Positions 36,894 to 51,304 are shown, counted from the stretch's first letter. The stretch: 64,000 nt of DNA from an uncultured Actinomycetes bacterium (GCA_963783865.1 CAWAPD010000003.1:485009-549008); one strand, 5' to 3'. Notes: generated by a model from the sequence alone, not told the origin. A program made the numbers and translations.

Positions 36894-38912
36894 CTACTTG
36901 CCGGTCACCTTGACGGTCTTGCTGTACCCCACCGGACGCGTGACGCCCGAGAAGGTGTACGGACCGAACTTGGCGCGCAGCGTGGTTGCGCCCTTCGGGA
37001 CCTTCCACTTGTAGGTGTATGTCCCGTCGGTGCTCGGAGCGACGGCCGCCGTGACGACGACGCTCGCGACGGTCTTCCAGCTGCTGCCCGACTTCTTCTG
37101 GATGGTCACCTTCTTGCCGGCGCTCTGGTCAGAGCTCGACACGGTACCGCTGAGGGTGATCTTGGTACCGGTCTTGACGCTCGTCTTGGAGGCCTTGATG
37201 GTGACGGTGAACGGGATGGGCGCTACCTGAGCGACCCACGCGTTGGCCGCGTCGATCGCCTTCTCCGTGTAGGCCCAGTTGTGGATGCCCCGGCTCGAGT
37301 CCTCGGTGACGAATTCCTCGATGGTCTCGGCCTTCAGGAAGGCCAGGACGTTCGGGTTCGTCGAGGTCGGGTCGGACGGTTCTCCGATGTCGGCCGAGGC
37401 GTCCTCGGCGTCGGTGTACCCGATGCCGATTGCCGCGGTATCGAGCTTGGCGTCCAAGGCGGCCACCTGCTGATCGAACAGCGACTGGCGGGCGTCGAGG
37501 ACCGGCTGGAGGTACAGCGCCAGGTCATCGGTCTTCGTGGCGTGGCACTGGCCGCAGGCCGAGTTCGGCATGGGGCCGGTCCGGCCGGACACGGTCATCG
37601 TGTGCGTCGCCGCGTATTCCGGCGTGATGACCTTGAAGAGGTGGTTGGCGCCCGTTCCCGGAACGCCGTCGAACTCGATCCCGGTCGGGACCATATGGCA
37701 CTGGACGCAGTCGCCCTTGTGGACCGACGGCGTGTCAGGCACACCGAGGTCGGTGAGGGACGTGCCGGCCATCATCTCCTGCTGCGGATGATGGATCTCC
37801 TCGCCGGCGACGACCTGACCGCTCTGGTCCTCCGGGACCTCGGTGTTGTGGCACTGCGTGCAGAGCGTCGCTTGCGGCCGCACGAGTTGCGGGTTGCGGC
37901 CCGAGTTGAACACGGACTGCTGATCGCCCGCGGCGTGCGGGTCGTGGCAGGTGACGCACGCGTCGCCGTACAGCAGGCTGGTCGGGTCAGGCGAAGGAAC
38001 GCCGTTCGCGACCTGGATCTGATAGTCGGCGGAGTGGCACGGCAGGCATTCCGTGTTGGTGCCGTTGCCGATCGCCTTGAGGGTATCGAGGGCGTTCATG
38101 TGCGTGACCGCCGGGAATCCAGTCCCCGTGAAGCGGTCCTGCATCATCTCTTCGTACTGGACTGCGCTCTCGCCGTGCGCTCTCGCGCTGGCGGTGATCG
38201 GAGCGGCCCAGAAGAGGTTCCCGATCGGGTTGTCCGGCATCGGGATGTTCAGCACGTCGCTCAGAGGAGCGGCCGGCTGATACGCGCCGCTCGGGCTCGC
38301 CAGCGGCGTGGGGAACGGGTCGTACACCACGGGGTACTGCGGCTGGATCGTCGTAGGCGACGCCGCGGGTTGCGGCGTGTAGGTGTACGTTGCAACGGTC
38401 TTGCCGTAGCGCGCGTGGCACTGGCCGCAGATGTCAGGATTGGCCAGCGAGCCGTACTTGAACCCGGCGTCGTGCATCCGGGCGCCGTTGTAGTGGCAGT
38501 CGGCGCAGCCGACGTACGGCTCCGAGTAGGCCGCCGTCGAGTCGGGTGCCGGTGTGCCGGTCGGATAGACCGTGGGCGTCGCGGTCGGGCCGGGCTCCAA
38601 GGCGCCCTGCGCCTTGCTCGGATCGTAGTTGCCACTGTGGCAGCCGGCGCAGCCGGGGCCTTCGGAGATGGGCAGGGCGTTCGTCGTGAACGCGCTGACG
38701 TCGCCCAGCATCGAGTGGGCCGACGTCAACCACGCCGGGACCACCGTTGGGCCGATGCCGCCGGTGTCGTGACAGTTGGCGCAGTTCTCGAAAGTAGCGC
38801 CATAGACGGTGGTGTAGTCCGATCGCGCGCCGTTGCTGTCGGCGAACGCGGCTGGTGCCGCGATCAGCAACGCGACAGCAAGAACGAGCGCGAGAACGAG
38901 AACATGCTTCAC
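36894..38912 (-). CDS. secreted multihaem c-type cytochrome (nine CxxCH motifs) with C-terminal Ig-like beta-sandwich domain
   Basis: Signal peptide VKHVLVLALVLAVALLIAAPAAFA; CANCH, CAGCH, CADCH, CGQCH, CLPCH, CVTCH, CTQCH, CVQCH, CGQCH; GTG start 5 nt after GGAAGGAGG; visibly lower GC and T-ending codons relative to flanks. Confidence 0.85.
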   Translation of the reverse strand: MKHVLVLALVLAVALLIAAPAAFADSNGARSDYTTVYGATFENCANCHDTGGIGPTVVPAWLTSAHSMLGDVSAFTTNALPISEGPGCAGCHSGNYDPSKAQGALEPGPTATPTVYPTGTPAPDSTAAYSEPYVGCADCHYNGARMHDAGFKYGSLANPDICGQCHARYGKTVATYTYTPQPAASPTTIQPQYPVVYDPFPTPLASPSGAYQPAAPLSDVLNIPMPDNPIGNLFWAAPITASARAHGESAVQYEEMMQDRFTGTGFPAVTHMNALDTLKAIGNGTNTECLPCHSADYQIQVANGVPSPDPTSLLYGDACVTCHDPHAAGDQQSVFNSGRNPQLVRPQATLCTQCHNTEVPEDQSGQVVAGEEIHHPQQEMMAGTSLTDLGVPDTPSVHKGDCVQCHMVPTGIEFDGVPGTGANHLFKVITPEYAATHTMTVSGRTGPMPNSACGQCHATKTDDLALYLQPVLDARQSLFDQQVAALDAKLDTAAIGIGYTDAEDASADIGEPSDPTSTNPNVLAFLKAETIEEFVTEDSSRGIHNWAYTEKAIDAANAWVAQVAPIPFTVTIKASKTSVKTGTKITLSGTVSSSDQSAGKKVTIQKKSGSSWKTVASVVVTAAVAPSTDGTYTYKWKVPKGATTLRAKFGPYTFSGVTRPVGYSKTVKVTGK

Positions 38913-39358
38913 GGGCACCTCCTTCCTGGAGTGTGGAGTGGGTCTGTAGGAATCCGCCTTCAAAGATCACACCTCCTTTCTACGCAAGCGGAAGTGGTCT
39001 GTGGGGGTATTCCGGCCGCACGCGGGGCGTGAGGGGCCGGGAGAGGGATCGACGGTCCGAGAGGAAAGGGGAGGCGAAACGGGCGCCGTGGGCGAGGCAG
39101 GTGTCCTCGACCGCAGCGGTCGGCCTGTCGGCTGCACCCAAGATAGTCGACCCCATTGGCATGGTCCCCTCGTGCGCTCCCCTGGTGTGCCCGTTCTATT
39201 GCGAAGGTCGCCCCTGGGTCAACGTTCGGCTGCCCTTGGGAAACGCGGCACAAGGGGCATCGCGGCGATGCTCCACGCACCAAACCATGCAATAGTTGAT
39301 TCTTATAGCCGAAACGCAGTTTGGCCGCAACCTTTTTGGGTCACGGAGCGGGCTCGGG

Positions 39359-40609
39359 TCAGCCGGTCGCGTCCGGTGTCGGAGCCGCGGGGGGGTCGGC
39401 TGCTGGGGCGTCGGGGGTGGGGGCGTCGGGGACGGAGACGTCCCCGACGCCCCCACCGCGACGCCCCTCTTCGGTGGCCGGCCGCTGCAGGCCCAGGTCC
39501 CAGCCCTCGAACCTCACCCGTGGACGCAGGAAGAGGTACGTCTCACGCACCAGCGGGATCAGCGGCACGGCGATGAACATGCCCGAGATGCCGTGGATCT
39601 CCTGTCCGGCGAGGATGACGAAGATCACGACCAGCGGGTGCACCCGCAGCCGCGATCCCATGATCGTCGGCGTGAGGACGTGTCCCTCGATCTGCTGGAT
39701 CGCCAGGTACGTGAGGATCACCCACACCATCGTGAGCGGCGAGTGGAGCAGGGCGACGAACGACGGCGGCACGGCCGCCAGGAACGGCCCGACGTAGGGG
39801 ATGATCTCCATGACGGCGGTCCACGCTCCGAAGAAGGCCGCATACTTGCTGCCTGAGGGGAACACACCGGTCATGCCGAGGATCCACATCGCGAGTCCGG
39901 CGCTGAGCCCGAGCGCGGCCGACAACAGGAGCTGCGCCTTGACGTAGTCGACGACGGCCGACTGTGCGAGGCGGACGTAGCTCTCGCCGTCGCTGCGCGA
40001 CCGCGTCGGGAAGTGGTCGACGACGAAGCGCGAGATACGGCGCGAGTCGAGCAGCATGTAGATGGAGATCACGACGATCACGATCAGCAGGGCGACGGTG
40101 CGCACCACCGAGACCCCGAAGCCGAGCAGGCTGCCGGAGATGCTGGGCACGCGGTCGGCGGCCGACCGCGCGAAGCGCTGCAGCTGGGCCCCGACGTCGA
40201 CGTTCAGATGGAGCCGGTCGGCGACGTGCTGGAGTTGGTCCACGAGGCTCTTCGCCTGGCTGGTCATCGAGGGCAGCGAGGAGAGCAGGTTCTTGAGCTG
40301 GGTCACGATCGCGGGCATGAGCGCTGCCGCGAGCCCGACGATCACGGCGACGGCCACGAGATAGACGAGGAACACGCCCACGTAGCGCGGTACGTGGGCG
40401 CGCTTGAGCAGGTTCACGAGCGGGTTGAGGACGAGCGCCAGCAGCGAGGCCGCCAGGAAGATGAACACCGCCTGGCCGATGACCCCGAGGAACAGCCAGA
40501 CGATGATCAGCAGAGCCGGGATGAGCGCCGCTTGTAACCAGCGCGGCACGACGACGCGGCCCATGGGGGGAGCCTCGTGGTCCGTTGACCTGCCGTCGGC
40601 GGCTGCCAT
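39359..40609 (-). CDS. AI-2E family transporter (PerM/TqsA-like, UPF0118)
   Basis: 8-TM architecture with conserved PYVGPFLAAVP and IAVPLIPLV segments; ATG 40609 sits 7 nt downstream of a GGTATACT -10-like element (possible leaderless start); alternative ATG 40564. Confidence 0.75.
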   Translation of the reverse strand: MAAADGRSTDHEAPPMGRVVVPRWLQAALIPALLIIVWLFLGVIGQAVFIFLAASLLALVLNPLVNLLKRAHVPRYVGVFLVYLVAVAVIVGLAAALMPAIVTQLKNLLSSLPSMTSQAKSLVDQLQHVADRLHLNVDVGAQLQRFARSAADRVPSISGSLLGFGVSVVRTVALLIVIVVISIYMLLDSRRISRFVVDHFPTRSRSDGESYVRLAQSAVVDYVKAQLLLSAALGLSAGLAMWILGMTGVFPSGSKYAAFFGAWTAVMEIIPYVGPFLAAVPPSFVALLHSPLTMVWVILTYLAIQQIEGHVLTPTIMGSRLRVHPLVVIFVILAGQEIHGISGMFIAVPLIPLVRETYLFLRPRVRFEGWDLGLQRPATEEGRRGGGVGDVSVPDAPTPDAPAADPPAAPTPDATG

Positions 40610-40688
40610 GGACCGCAGTATACCGCCCGCGCCCGGCGCACCCGCACGAAGCGGCGGACTGTTTGCCGCTCGAGCCCGGCGGGCACAC

Positions 40689-40717
40689 TTGACACACCTT
40701 GACTCAGATTTTATGAT
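40689..40717 (+). promoter_or_regulatory. sigma-70-type promoter of the dnaK operon: -35 TTGACA, 17-nt spacer, -10 TATGAT; embedded direct repeats GACTCAG
   Basis: TTGACA(40689-40694)-N17-TATGAT(40712-40717), about 35 nt upstream of dnaK ATG; GACTCAG occurs twice (40701-40707, 40725-40731). Confidence 0.55.
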
Positions 40718-40752
40718 TGCAAACGACTCAGTAGTGCCAAGGAGGAATCAGC

Positions 40753-42648
<1,896 letters not shown>

Positions 42649-42653
42649 GTGAT

Positions 42654-42684
42654 GGGGCGGCGGCGGCATCCGCCGCCGCCCCCC
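42654..42684 (+). terminator. intra-operon GC hairpin (attenuator/partial terminator) between dnaK and hsp20
   Basis: GGGGCGGCGGCGG-CAT-CCGCCGCCGCCCC immediately after dnaK stop; no U-tract. Confidence 0.45.
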
Positions 42685-42773
42685 TCCGAGACGATGTGGG
42701 GCCGCGCGGCCAGTTCGCCTGCCGCGCGGCGTCGGGAGACTGTCCCCGAGAGGTGGACGCAAAGGAGGTCACT

Positions 42774-43226
42774 ATGGCGATCATCAGATGGGACCCCTTC
42801 CGCGAGATGTCGACCGTGCAGAACCGCTTCGACAGGCTGTTCGACTCGGTGTGGGGCGGCCGCCAGGAGGCCTGGCTTCCTGCCGTGGACGTGTTCGACA
42901 CCAAGGACGCGGTCGTGCTCAAGGCCGAACTGGCCGGCATGGACCCGGACGACATCCAGATCGAGATCGAGGACAACGTCCTCACCATCAAGGGTGAGCG
43001 CCGGTTCGAAGAGAAGGTCGACGAGGAGCGGTACTACCGCGTCGAGCGTCGCTTCGGCTCGTTCCAGCGCAGCCTGGCGCTCCCCCAGGGCGTGAAGGCC
43101 GACGATATCGCCGCAGCCTACGAGGACGGGATCCTCGAGGTGCGGGTGCCCAAGGCCGAGGAGGAGAAGCCGAAGAAGATCGAGGTCAAGGCGGCCAAGA
43201 AGACCGTCGAGGCCAAGACGGCCTGA
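42774..43226 (+). CDS. small heat-shock protein (Hsp20/alpha-crystallin family)
   Basis: alpha-crystallin domain ([43 protein letters not shown]...GILEVRVPK); ATG after AAAGGAGG. Confidence 0.9.
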   Translation: MAIIRWDPFREMSTVQNRFDRLFDSVWGGRQEAWLPAVDVFDTKDAVVLKAELAGMDPDDIQIEIEDNVLTIKGERRFEEKVDEERYYRVERRFGSFQRSLALPQGVKADDIAAAYEDGILEVRVPKAEEEKPKKIEVKAAKKTVEAKTA

Positions 43227-43306
43227 GCGCGACGGGGCGGGCGGGTGCGGGTGCCCCGGCCCCGTCCGCCCTCCGCTGAACCCACGAGCCACGCGAGCGA
43301 GACGAC

Positions 43307-43948
43307 ATGGTCGAAAGCAGGCGCAAGAAGGACGAAGCACAGGACGCGGCGGCCGCCGGTAAGGCCGGTCGCGGCGGCGCGGGCGACCCGGCACAGGCCG
43401 CGACGGCCGGCGCGAAGGCGGCCGCCGGCGCCGCGGCGGCAGAGGCGGCTGCGAGGGCAGGCGCGCAGGAACCCGTCGGCGAGGCGCCGGTCCCGTCGCC
43501 CGACGACACGGCGGCCTCCCTCGCGCGCGAGCGTGATCAGTACCTCGACCACCTGCAGCGGCTCAAGGCCGAGTTCGAGAACTACCGCAAGCGCATGCAA
43601 CGCGACAACGAAGCGCTGGTGCTGCGCGCCGGCGAGGGCGTGATCGAGTCGCTGCTGCCGGTCGTCGACAACATGCGGCGGGCGCTCGAGGCGGCCGAGA
43701 AGCACGAGGAGGGGCAGCTGATCAAGGGCGTCGAGCTGGTCGCCGGTCAGCTGACCGCGATCCTGGCGAGTCACGGCCTGGGCGAGGTGCCGGCCGAGCG
43801 CGGCCTGCCGTTCGACCCGACGATCCACGAGGCCGTCATGACGCAGCCCGACGATCTCCCGGAGGGCCTGATCGCGGCCGTCGTGGATCGTGGCTTCACG
43901 CTGCACGACCGCCTGCTGCGGCCGGCGAAGGTGATCGTGACGGCCTGA
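43307..43948 (+). CDS. grpE: nucleotide exchange factor GrpE
   Basis: [18 protein letters not shown]...[13 protein letters not shown]-terminal beta-domain. Confidence 0.9.
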   Translation: MVESRRKKDEAQDAAAAGKAGRGGAGDPAQAATAGAKAAAGAAAAEAAARAGAQEPVGEAPVPSPDDTAASLARERDQYLDHLQRLKAEFENYRKRMQRDNEALVLRAGEGVIESLLPVVDNMRRALEAAEKHEEGQLIKGVELVAGQLTAILASHGLGEVPAERGLPFDPTIHEAVMTQPDDLPEGLIAAVVDRGFTLHDRLLRPAKVIVTA

Positions 43949-43949
43949 G

Positions 43950-45092
43950 ATGGGCGACTTCTACCAGACGCTCGGCGTCGACCGCAAGGCTTCACAGGAC
44001 GAGGTCCGCAAGGCGTTCCGCAAGCTGGCCCGCCAGTACCACCCCGACAAGAACCCGGGGGACAAGGCGGCCGAGGAGAAGTTCAAGGAGGCCAACGAGG
44101 CCTACGAGACGCTCTCCGACCCCGAGAAGCGCAAGCAGTACGACGAACTCCTGCGCCTGGGCGCGTTCGACCCTCGCGCCGGCGGCGGGTTCCGACCCGG
44201 CCAGGGGGGGTTCCAGGGCTTCGACCCGCGCATGTTCCAGCAGGGCGGCCAGTCGTTCCAGATGGGAGACATCGGAGACCTGCTCTCCAGCCTCTTCGGA
44301 GGCGCCGCGCAGGGGGGCCGCGGCCGCGGAGGGGCCGCGGCCCCAGAGCGCGGCGCCGACCTGCAGGCCGACGTGACGATCTCGTTCGAAGAGTCGCTGC
44401 GCGGGGCGACCGTGCGCGTGCCGGTCGAGAAGATCGACGCCTGCCCGACGTGCCACGGATCGGGCGCGGCACCGGGCACGACGCCCAAAGTCTGCCCGGT
44501 CTGCAACGGCCGCGGCGTCCAGGCGCAGAACCAGGGCCCGTTCGCGATCTCGGTTCCGTGCCAGCGCTGCCACGGCAACGGCACCATCATCGAGTCGCCC
44601 TGCGCGACCTGCAACGGCAGCGGCGTGACCCCGCAGATGCGCCGCTACACGGTGAAGATCCCGCCCGGGGCCAAGGAGGGCACGAAGATCCGCCTCAAGG
44701 GCAAGGGGGAGGCCGGCCGTCGCCACGGGCCGGCCGGCGACCTGTACGTGGTCGTCCACGTCGAGAGCAGCGACCTGTTCGAGCGCCGCGGCGAAGACCT
44801 CGTGATCGAGGTCCCGGTGACGGTCGCCGAGGCGGTGCTCGGTACCCAGGTCAAGGTCCCCACGCCCGGGGGCGGCCGGGTGTCGCTCAAGGTCCCGGCC
44901 GGCAGCAACGACGGCCGGACCCTGCGGGTGCGCGGCAAGGGCGCGCCGCGGCTCAAGGGCGGCAACGGCGACCTGCTGGCAAGGGTGCATGTGGTGATGC
45001 CGGCCAAGCTGAGCAAGGAGCAGCGCAAGCTGGTCGAAGAGCTGGGCAAGACCCAGGCGGACCCGCGCGCGGAGCGCTTCGGGGCCGCCTGA
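43950..45092 (+). CDS. dnaJ: chaperone DnaJ (J domain, G/F region, four CxxCxGxG zinc fingers, CTD)
   Basis: [33 protein letters not shown] (HPD), [32 protein letters not shown]. Confidence 0.95.
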   Translation: MGDFYQTLGVDRKASQDEVRKAFRKLARQYHPDKNPGDKAAEEKFKEANEAYETLSDPEKRKQYDELLRLGAFDPRAGGGFRPGQGGFQGFDPRMFQQGGQSFQMGDIGDLLSSLFGGAAQGGRGRGGAAAPERGADLQADVTISFEESLRGATVRVPVEKIDACPTCHGSGAAPGTTPKVCPVCNGRGVQAQNQGPFAISVPCQRCHGNGTIIESPCATCNGSGVTPQMRRYTVKIPPGAKEGTKIRLKGKGEAGRRHGPAGDLYVVVHVESSDLFERRGEDLVIEVPVTVAEAVLGTQVKVPTPGGGRVSLKVPAGSNDGRTLRVRGKGAPRLKGGNGDLLARVHVVMPAKLSKEQRKLVEELGKTQADPRAERFGAA

Positions 45093-45118
45093 CGGGCATG
45101 ACGGGCAGGTGAGCGACG

Positions 45119-45535
45119 ATGGCCGATGACACACCGCGGGTCGACAGGCCCCTGTTCATGATCTCGATGGCGGCCGAGCTGGCCGCCATGCACCCGCAGA
45201 CCCTGCGCCTGTACGAGCGGCGGGGGCTGCTGGCGCCGCGCCGCTCGGCCAAGAACACGCGCCTGTACTCTCTCGACGACGTGGCGCGGCTGCGGCGCAT
45301 CCAGGAGCTGACCGAGCTCGGCCTGAACCTGGCCGGCGTGGAGCGGGTGCTCGAGCTCGAGCGTGAGATGACGGCGATGAGGGAGCGCCTCGAGCGGCTG
45401 CAGGCCGAGCTCACCGAGACGGTGGCCCGCATGCACAGCGAGATGCGCGCGGTGGAGCGCTCGTTCCGCCACGACCTCGTGCCGGTGAGCAAGACGATGG
45501 CGGTCGTGCGCATCGAACGCCGCAAGAAGAGGTGA
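45119..45535 (+). CDS. hspR: MerR-family heat-shock repressor HspR
   Basis: MerR HTH (LFMISMAAELAAMHPQTLRLYERRGLL...RLYSLDDVARLRRIQEL) plus coiled-coil; canonical position after dnaJ. Confidence 0.85.
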   Translation: MADDTPRVDRPLFMISMAAELAAMHPQTLRLYERRGLLAPRRSAKNTRLYSLDDVARLRRIQELTELGLNLAGVERVLELEREMTAMRERLERLQAELTETVARMHSEMRAVERSFRHDLVPVSKTMAVVRIERRKKR

Positions 45536-45545
45536 GAAGTACCAG

Positions 45546-47987
<2,442 letters not shown>

Positions 47988-47993
47988 GAGCCG

Positions 47994-48028
47994 GGCGGGG
48001 CGGCGGCGCGGAGCGCCGCCGCCCCGCC
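47994..48028 (+). terminator. GC-rich hairpin after clpC
   Basis: GGCGGGGCGGCGGCGC-GGA-GCGCCGCCGCCCCGCC immediately after stop. Confidence 0.55.
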
Positions 48029-48354
48029 GTCCATCGACCGCCGACCCTGTTGTAGCGTCGTCGCCGGCCTCCTATAGTGAGACCCCATGAGACCCCGTCT
48101 ACGGACCGTGTTCCTGGGCAGCGTCCTGAGCGCGGCGCTGAGCGTGATCGCGACGCCGTGGCTGCGTCGCGTGCGCCGCGTCGCGGCGGCGGGCGGCGGC
48201 GGCCCGCGGGCCGCCGCCGCCCGCCGCGGGGTCGCTGCCTTCGCCGGGACCCCCTGCTCGCGAGAGGCGAGCGTCGCCGGGGCTGGCGACGCAACTGCCC
48301 GCGACGAGCGCTGATCCTCTGGCGGTCGTCGCTCATCGCTGGTAGTGTTGGGCC

Positions 48355-48735
48355 ATGGATTTCTCCGTCTTCGATGAGGGGAGCAGCATGGTCGATCTGC
48401 CCGTCAGCCAGGCTGGCGTCGAGGACGCGGACTTCCGGGTCGAGATCGGCTTCCAGGAGTTCGAGATCATCGCCTTCAGCGGCGACCTCAAGATCGTCGG
48501 CCGCGCCCACTTCGGCATCACCGGCCGCGCGTCCTCGCAGCGGCCGTCCGACTACCTGCGCCACTTCGCCGACACGCGTCTGACGCTGTCCCAGGTGTGT
48601 ATCTACCGGCTCGCCACCGACGAGCTGCTCGACACCACGCCCTTCGTCATCCTGAACCTCGATCGCGTCGACCTGGTCTACGCGCGCGAGCCTCAGGACG
48701 AGGGCGACGCGGCCGGGACGCCCGCCGGGGCCTAG
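48355..48735 (+). CDS. hypothetical protein
   Basis: 126-aa ORF with moderate-GC N-terminal region; no recognised domain. Confidence 0.35.
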   Translation: MDFSVFDEGSSMVDLPVSQAGVEDADFRVEIGFQEFEIIAFSGDLKIVGRAHFGITGRASSQRPSDYLRHFADTRLTLSQVCIYRLATDELLDTTPFVILNLDRVDLVYAREPQDEGDAAGTPAGA

Positions 48736-48738
48736 CCC

Positions 48739-49431
48739 GTGTACGCCGTCGACGTGCTGCTGCCGACGGCCCGGTTCGCCTTCTCGGTCGAGGGTGACAG
48801 CACGGTCGTGCTGCCCGAGCATCGCTCACCCCAGGCGTATGCGCTCTACCAGGAGCTGAAGCGCGACCAGCCCGTCGTCGGCATGACCACGTTCCCCAAC
48901 TCGATCCTGTTGCGCGGCGAGCGCACCATCCTCGTCGACCCCGGCCTGCACCTGCAGAACCAGCCGGTCCTGGCCGCGCTGCGCGCGCGCGGCGTCGACC
49001 CCGACGCGCTCGACCTCATCGTGCTCACCCACGCCCACCTCGACCACGCCGGCGCTTGCGCCGACGTGACCGGGCCGGTCGTCGTCCACGGGCTCGAGCG
49101 CACCGAGCTCGACTGGGCGATGGTCTCCGGCATCCTCGAGCTGCACCCCCTCACGTTCCTCGACGGCGCCGCGGGAGAGATCGCGCCCGGCCTGGAATGG
49201 ACCCTGACGCCGGGGCACAGCGCCGGCAGCATCTGCTTGAAGGTCGCCACGGCCGAGGGGCCGGTCGCCCTGGTCGGCGACACGATCGGCCCCCTGCGCG
49301 AGGACTTCGATGCGATGTCGCCCGCTCCGGGTGAGGGGCCGGCCGACCTGACCCTCGCAGCCTGGAGGCTCGTGCGTTCCTGGTCCCCGGTGCGGGTCGT
49401 GCCGGGCCACCTGCCGCCGTTCGCGCTCTAG
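48739..49431 (+). CDS. MBL-fold metallo-hydrolase
   Basis: THAHLDHAG (HxHxDH) and downstream His/Asp ligands (TPGHSAG, GHLPPF); GTG start. Confidence 0.75.
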   Translation: MYAVDVLLPTARFAFSVEGDSTVVLPEHRSPQAYALYQELKRDQPVVGMTTFPNSILLRGERTILVDPGLHLQNQPVLAALRARGVDPDALDLIVLTHAHLDHAGACADVTGPVVVHGLERTELDWAMVSGILELHPLTFLDGAAGEIAPGLEWTLTPGHSAGSICLKVATAEGPVALVGDTIGPLREDFDAMSPAPGEGPADLTLAAWRLVRSWSPVRVVPGHLPPFAL

Positions 49432-49504
49432 CGGCCGGCCCCGGCCGGCGCCGGCCGCTGTGCTAGACTTCAGGCTCCAGACCGTCGCGCCGGGAGTGTA
49501 GCCC

Positions 49505-49840
49505 TTGCCTATCTACGAATACCGTTGCGAAGCCTGCGGGCACACCTTCGAGGTGTTCCAGAAGTTCAACGACGTGCCCGTCGAGGTGTGCGAGCGCTGC
49601 GGGGCGACCGTCAGCCGTGTCTTCCACCCGGTCGCCATCCACTTCAAGGGCTCCGGCTTCTACACCACAGACTACGGCAAGCCGGGGGCCCAGAAGCGGC
49701 CCTCCAGGGACGGCGAGGGCGCCGCGGCCGAGAGCGCCGCGGAGACCGGCGCCGCAGCGGCCAAGACAGGCGACGCCAAGGCGTCGACCGGCGCCGGCTC
49801 CACCGCGGCGCCCAAGGACAAGGGCAGCAAGAAAGACTAG
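49505..49840 (+). CDS. FmdB-family zinc-ribbon protein
   Basis: PIYEYRCEACGHTFEV...CERCG two CxxC pairs at N-terminus, disordered Ala/Gly/Lys-rich tail; TTG start. Confidence 0.65.
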   Translation: MPIYEYRCEACGHTFEVFQKFNDVPVEVCERCGATVSRVFHPVAIHFKGSGFYTTDYGKPGAQKRPSRDGEGAAAESAAETGAAAAKTGDAKASTGAGSTAAPKDKGSKKD

Positions 49841-49879
49841 ACACGCGTCGCAGCGAGGGGCGCGTGGCGAGGGGGCGCC

Positions 49880-51256
49880 ATGGACGCGAGGGGTGAGGGT
49901 CCCAAGAAGACCACGGGCGGGACGGCGGACGACGCCCTGCGCGAGCGGGCGGTCGAACGCATCGCCCAGCAGGCCCGGGCCAACCTCCGCAACCTGATCA
50001 GCGACGATTCGCTGGCGCTGCCGTCGCTGAGCGCCATCGCCGACGACATCCGCCTCGAGCTCGAGAAGCGGGGCACGGTGGCGATCCTCTACGTCGGCCT
50101 CAAACGCTACGGACGCCTGGAGCGCGTGTTCGGCTGGCGGATCACCTCGGAGATCCTCGACGCCTGCGCCGGCATCCTGCAAGAGATGGTGGGCTCGACC
50201 CTGCGACGGCTCGACGTGCTCGCCGACTTCACGCTCTCGGACAACGCCTTCATCGTGGCCCTTTCGCCGCCGCGCAAGACCAAGGAGATCGCCGGCGACG
50301 ACCTCATGGCCATCAGCCGCCGCGTCTACGAGCGGCTGCAGTCCACCCTGCTGAACGACCTCAAGCCGGGGATCTTCGACCGCGTCCACCCGTTCGTCAC
50401 CACGGCCGTGCTGCGCGCGGCCGACGATCTGACCTTCGAGCAGTCGCTGCAGAACGGCGTGACCGCCGCCATGCAGGCGGTCGAAGAGGAGTCGATCCTC
50501 TACGACGACGAGCTCGAGCGCACCCTGGCAGACGCCATCGCCGACCACGGGCTCGAGCCGCTGTTCGAGGCAGTGGTCGACGTGAACGAGCGCCGCTGCC
50601 TCGGGTACCGCACGAGCGTGCGGGGACCGTTCTACTCGCCCTTGCGCCTGCCCGACGTCCTCGACGAGGTCTCGCGGCGCTCGGCGCTGCTCACGAGCTA
50701 TGGGATCGAAGCGCGCGAGGCGGCCGTGACGCGGGCGGTCGGCCTGGGCGCCGAGGACCTGCTCTTCCTCGGCTGCGCCGCGGCGGAGCTGCCCGGCGCG
50801 GCCGCCCTGGCGCTGAGCGAGTTCTACTCGCTGAACAAGGGCCTCGTGCCGCAGCACGTGGTGTTCGAGGTGCAGGCCGGCGACCTGGTCGCCAACGCCG
50901 CCTCCGTGCTGCGCGTGCTGTCCAGCGTGCGCGAGATGGGGTTCCCGGTCTGCATGGCCGGTGTCGGCGCCGGGCTCACGGCCTTCGACCTGATCGCCCA
51001 GGCCCGGCCCGACTTCCTGATCGCCGACCCCGTGATCACGCTGGGCGCCGCATCCGACCCGACCCTGATCGACACCATGCAGCTGCTGCTGCGCTACGCC
51101 GCCCGCATCGACGCGCGCCTGATCGCGCCCGAGGTCGGCGACGCGAAGCAGCTCAAGGCGCTGCGAGGGGTCGGCGTGGAGCTCGTCTGCGGAGACGTGC
51201 TGGGCCGGCCCGACACGCGGCCGCCGAGGATCGATCCCGAGAAGCTGAAACTGTAG
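49880..51256 (+). CDS. degenerate GGDEF-EAL tandem-domain protein (catalytic motifs lost; putative c-di-GMP receptor/scaffold)
   Basis: GGDEF-fold region with LSDNAF in place of GGEEF; C-terminal EAL-fold region lacking the EAL, DDFGTG and KID signatures. Confidence 0.55.
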   Translation: MDARGEGPKKTTGGTADDALRERAVERIAQQARANLRNLISDDSLALPSLSAIADDIRLELEKRGTVAILYVGLKRYGRLERVFGWRITSEILDACAGILQEMVGSTLRRLDVLADFTLSDNAFIVALSPPRKTKEIAGDDLMAISRRVYERLQSTLLNDLKPGIFDRVHPFVTTAVLRAADDLTFEQSLQNGVTAAMQAVEEESILYDDELERTLADAIADHGLEPLFEAVVDVNERRCLGYRTSVRGPFYSPLRLPDVLDEVSRRSALLTSYGIEAREAAVTRAVGLGAEDLLFLGCAAAELPGAAALALSEFYSLNKGLVPQHVVFEVQAGDLVANAASVLRVLSSVREMGFPVCMAGVGAGLTAFDLIAQARPDFLIADPVITLGAASDPTLIDTMQLLLRYAARIDARLIAPEVGDAKQLKALRGVGVELVCGDVLGRPDTRPPRIDPEKLKL

Positions 51257-51261
51257 GGGCG

Positions 51262-51304
51262 GGATGAGCGGGCGGCGGGCCACCGGCCCGCCGCCCGCTC
51301 ATCC
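51262..51304. terminator. bidirectional terminator between convergent GGDEF-EAL and diguanylate cyclase genes
   Basis: 20-bp perfect stem GGATGAGCGGGCGGCGGGCC / GGCCCGCCGCCCGCTCATCC with ACC loop. Confidence 0.6.

Noticed and set aside
40681-40752. Canonical HAIR operator (CTTGAGT-N7-ACTCAAG) upstream of dnaK
   Set aside because: No inverted repeat of that form could be aligned. Only GACTCAG direct repeats are present, reported instead as a candidate divergent operator.
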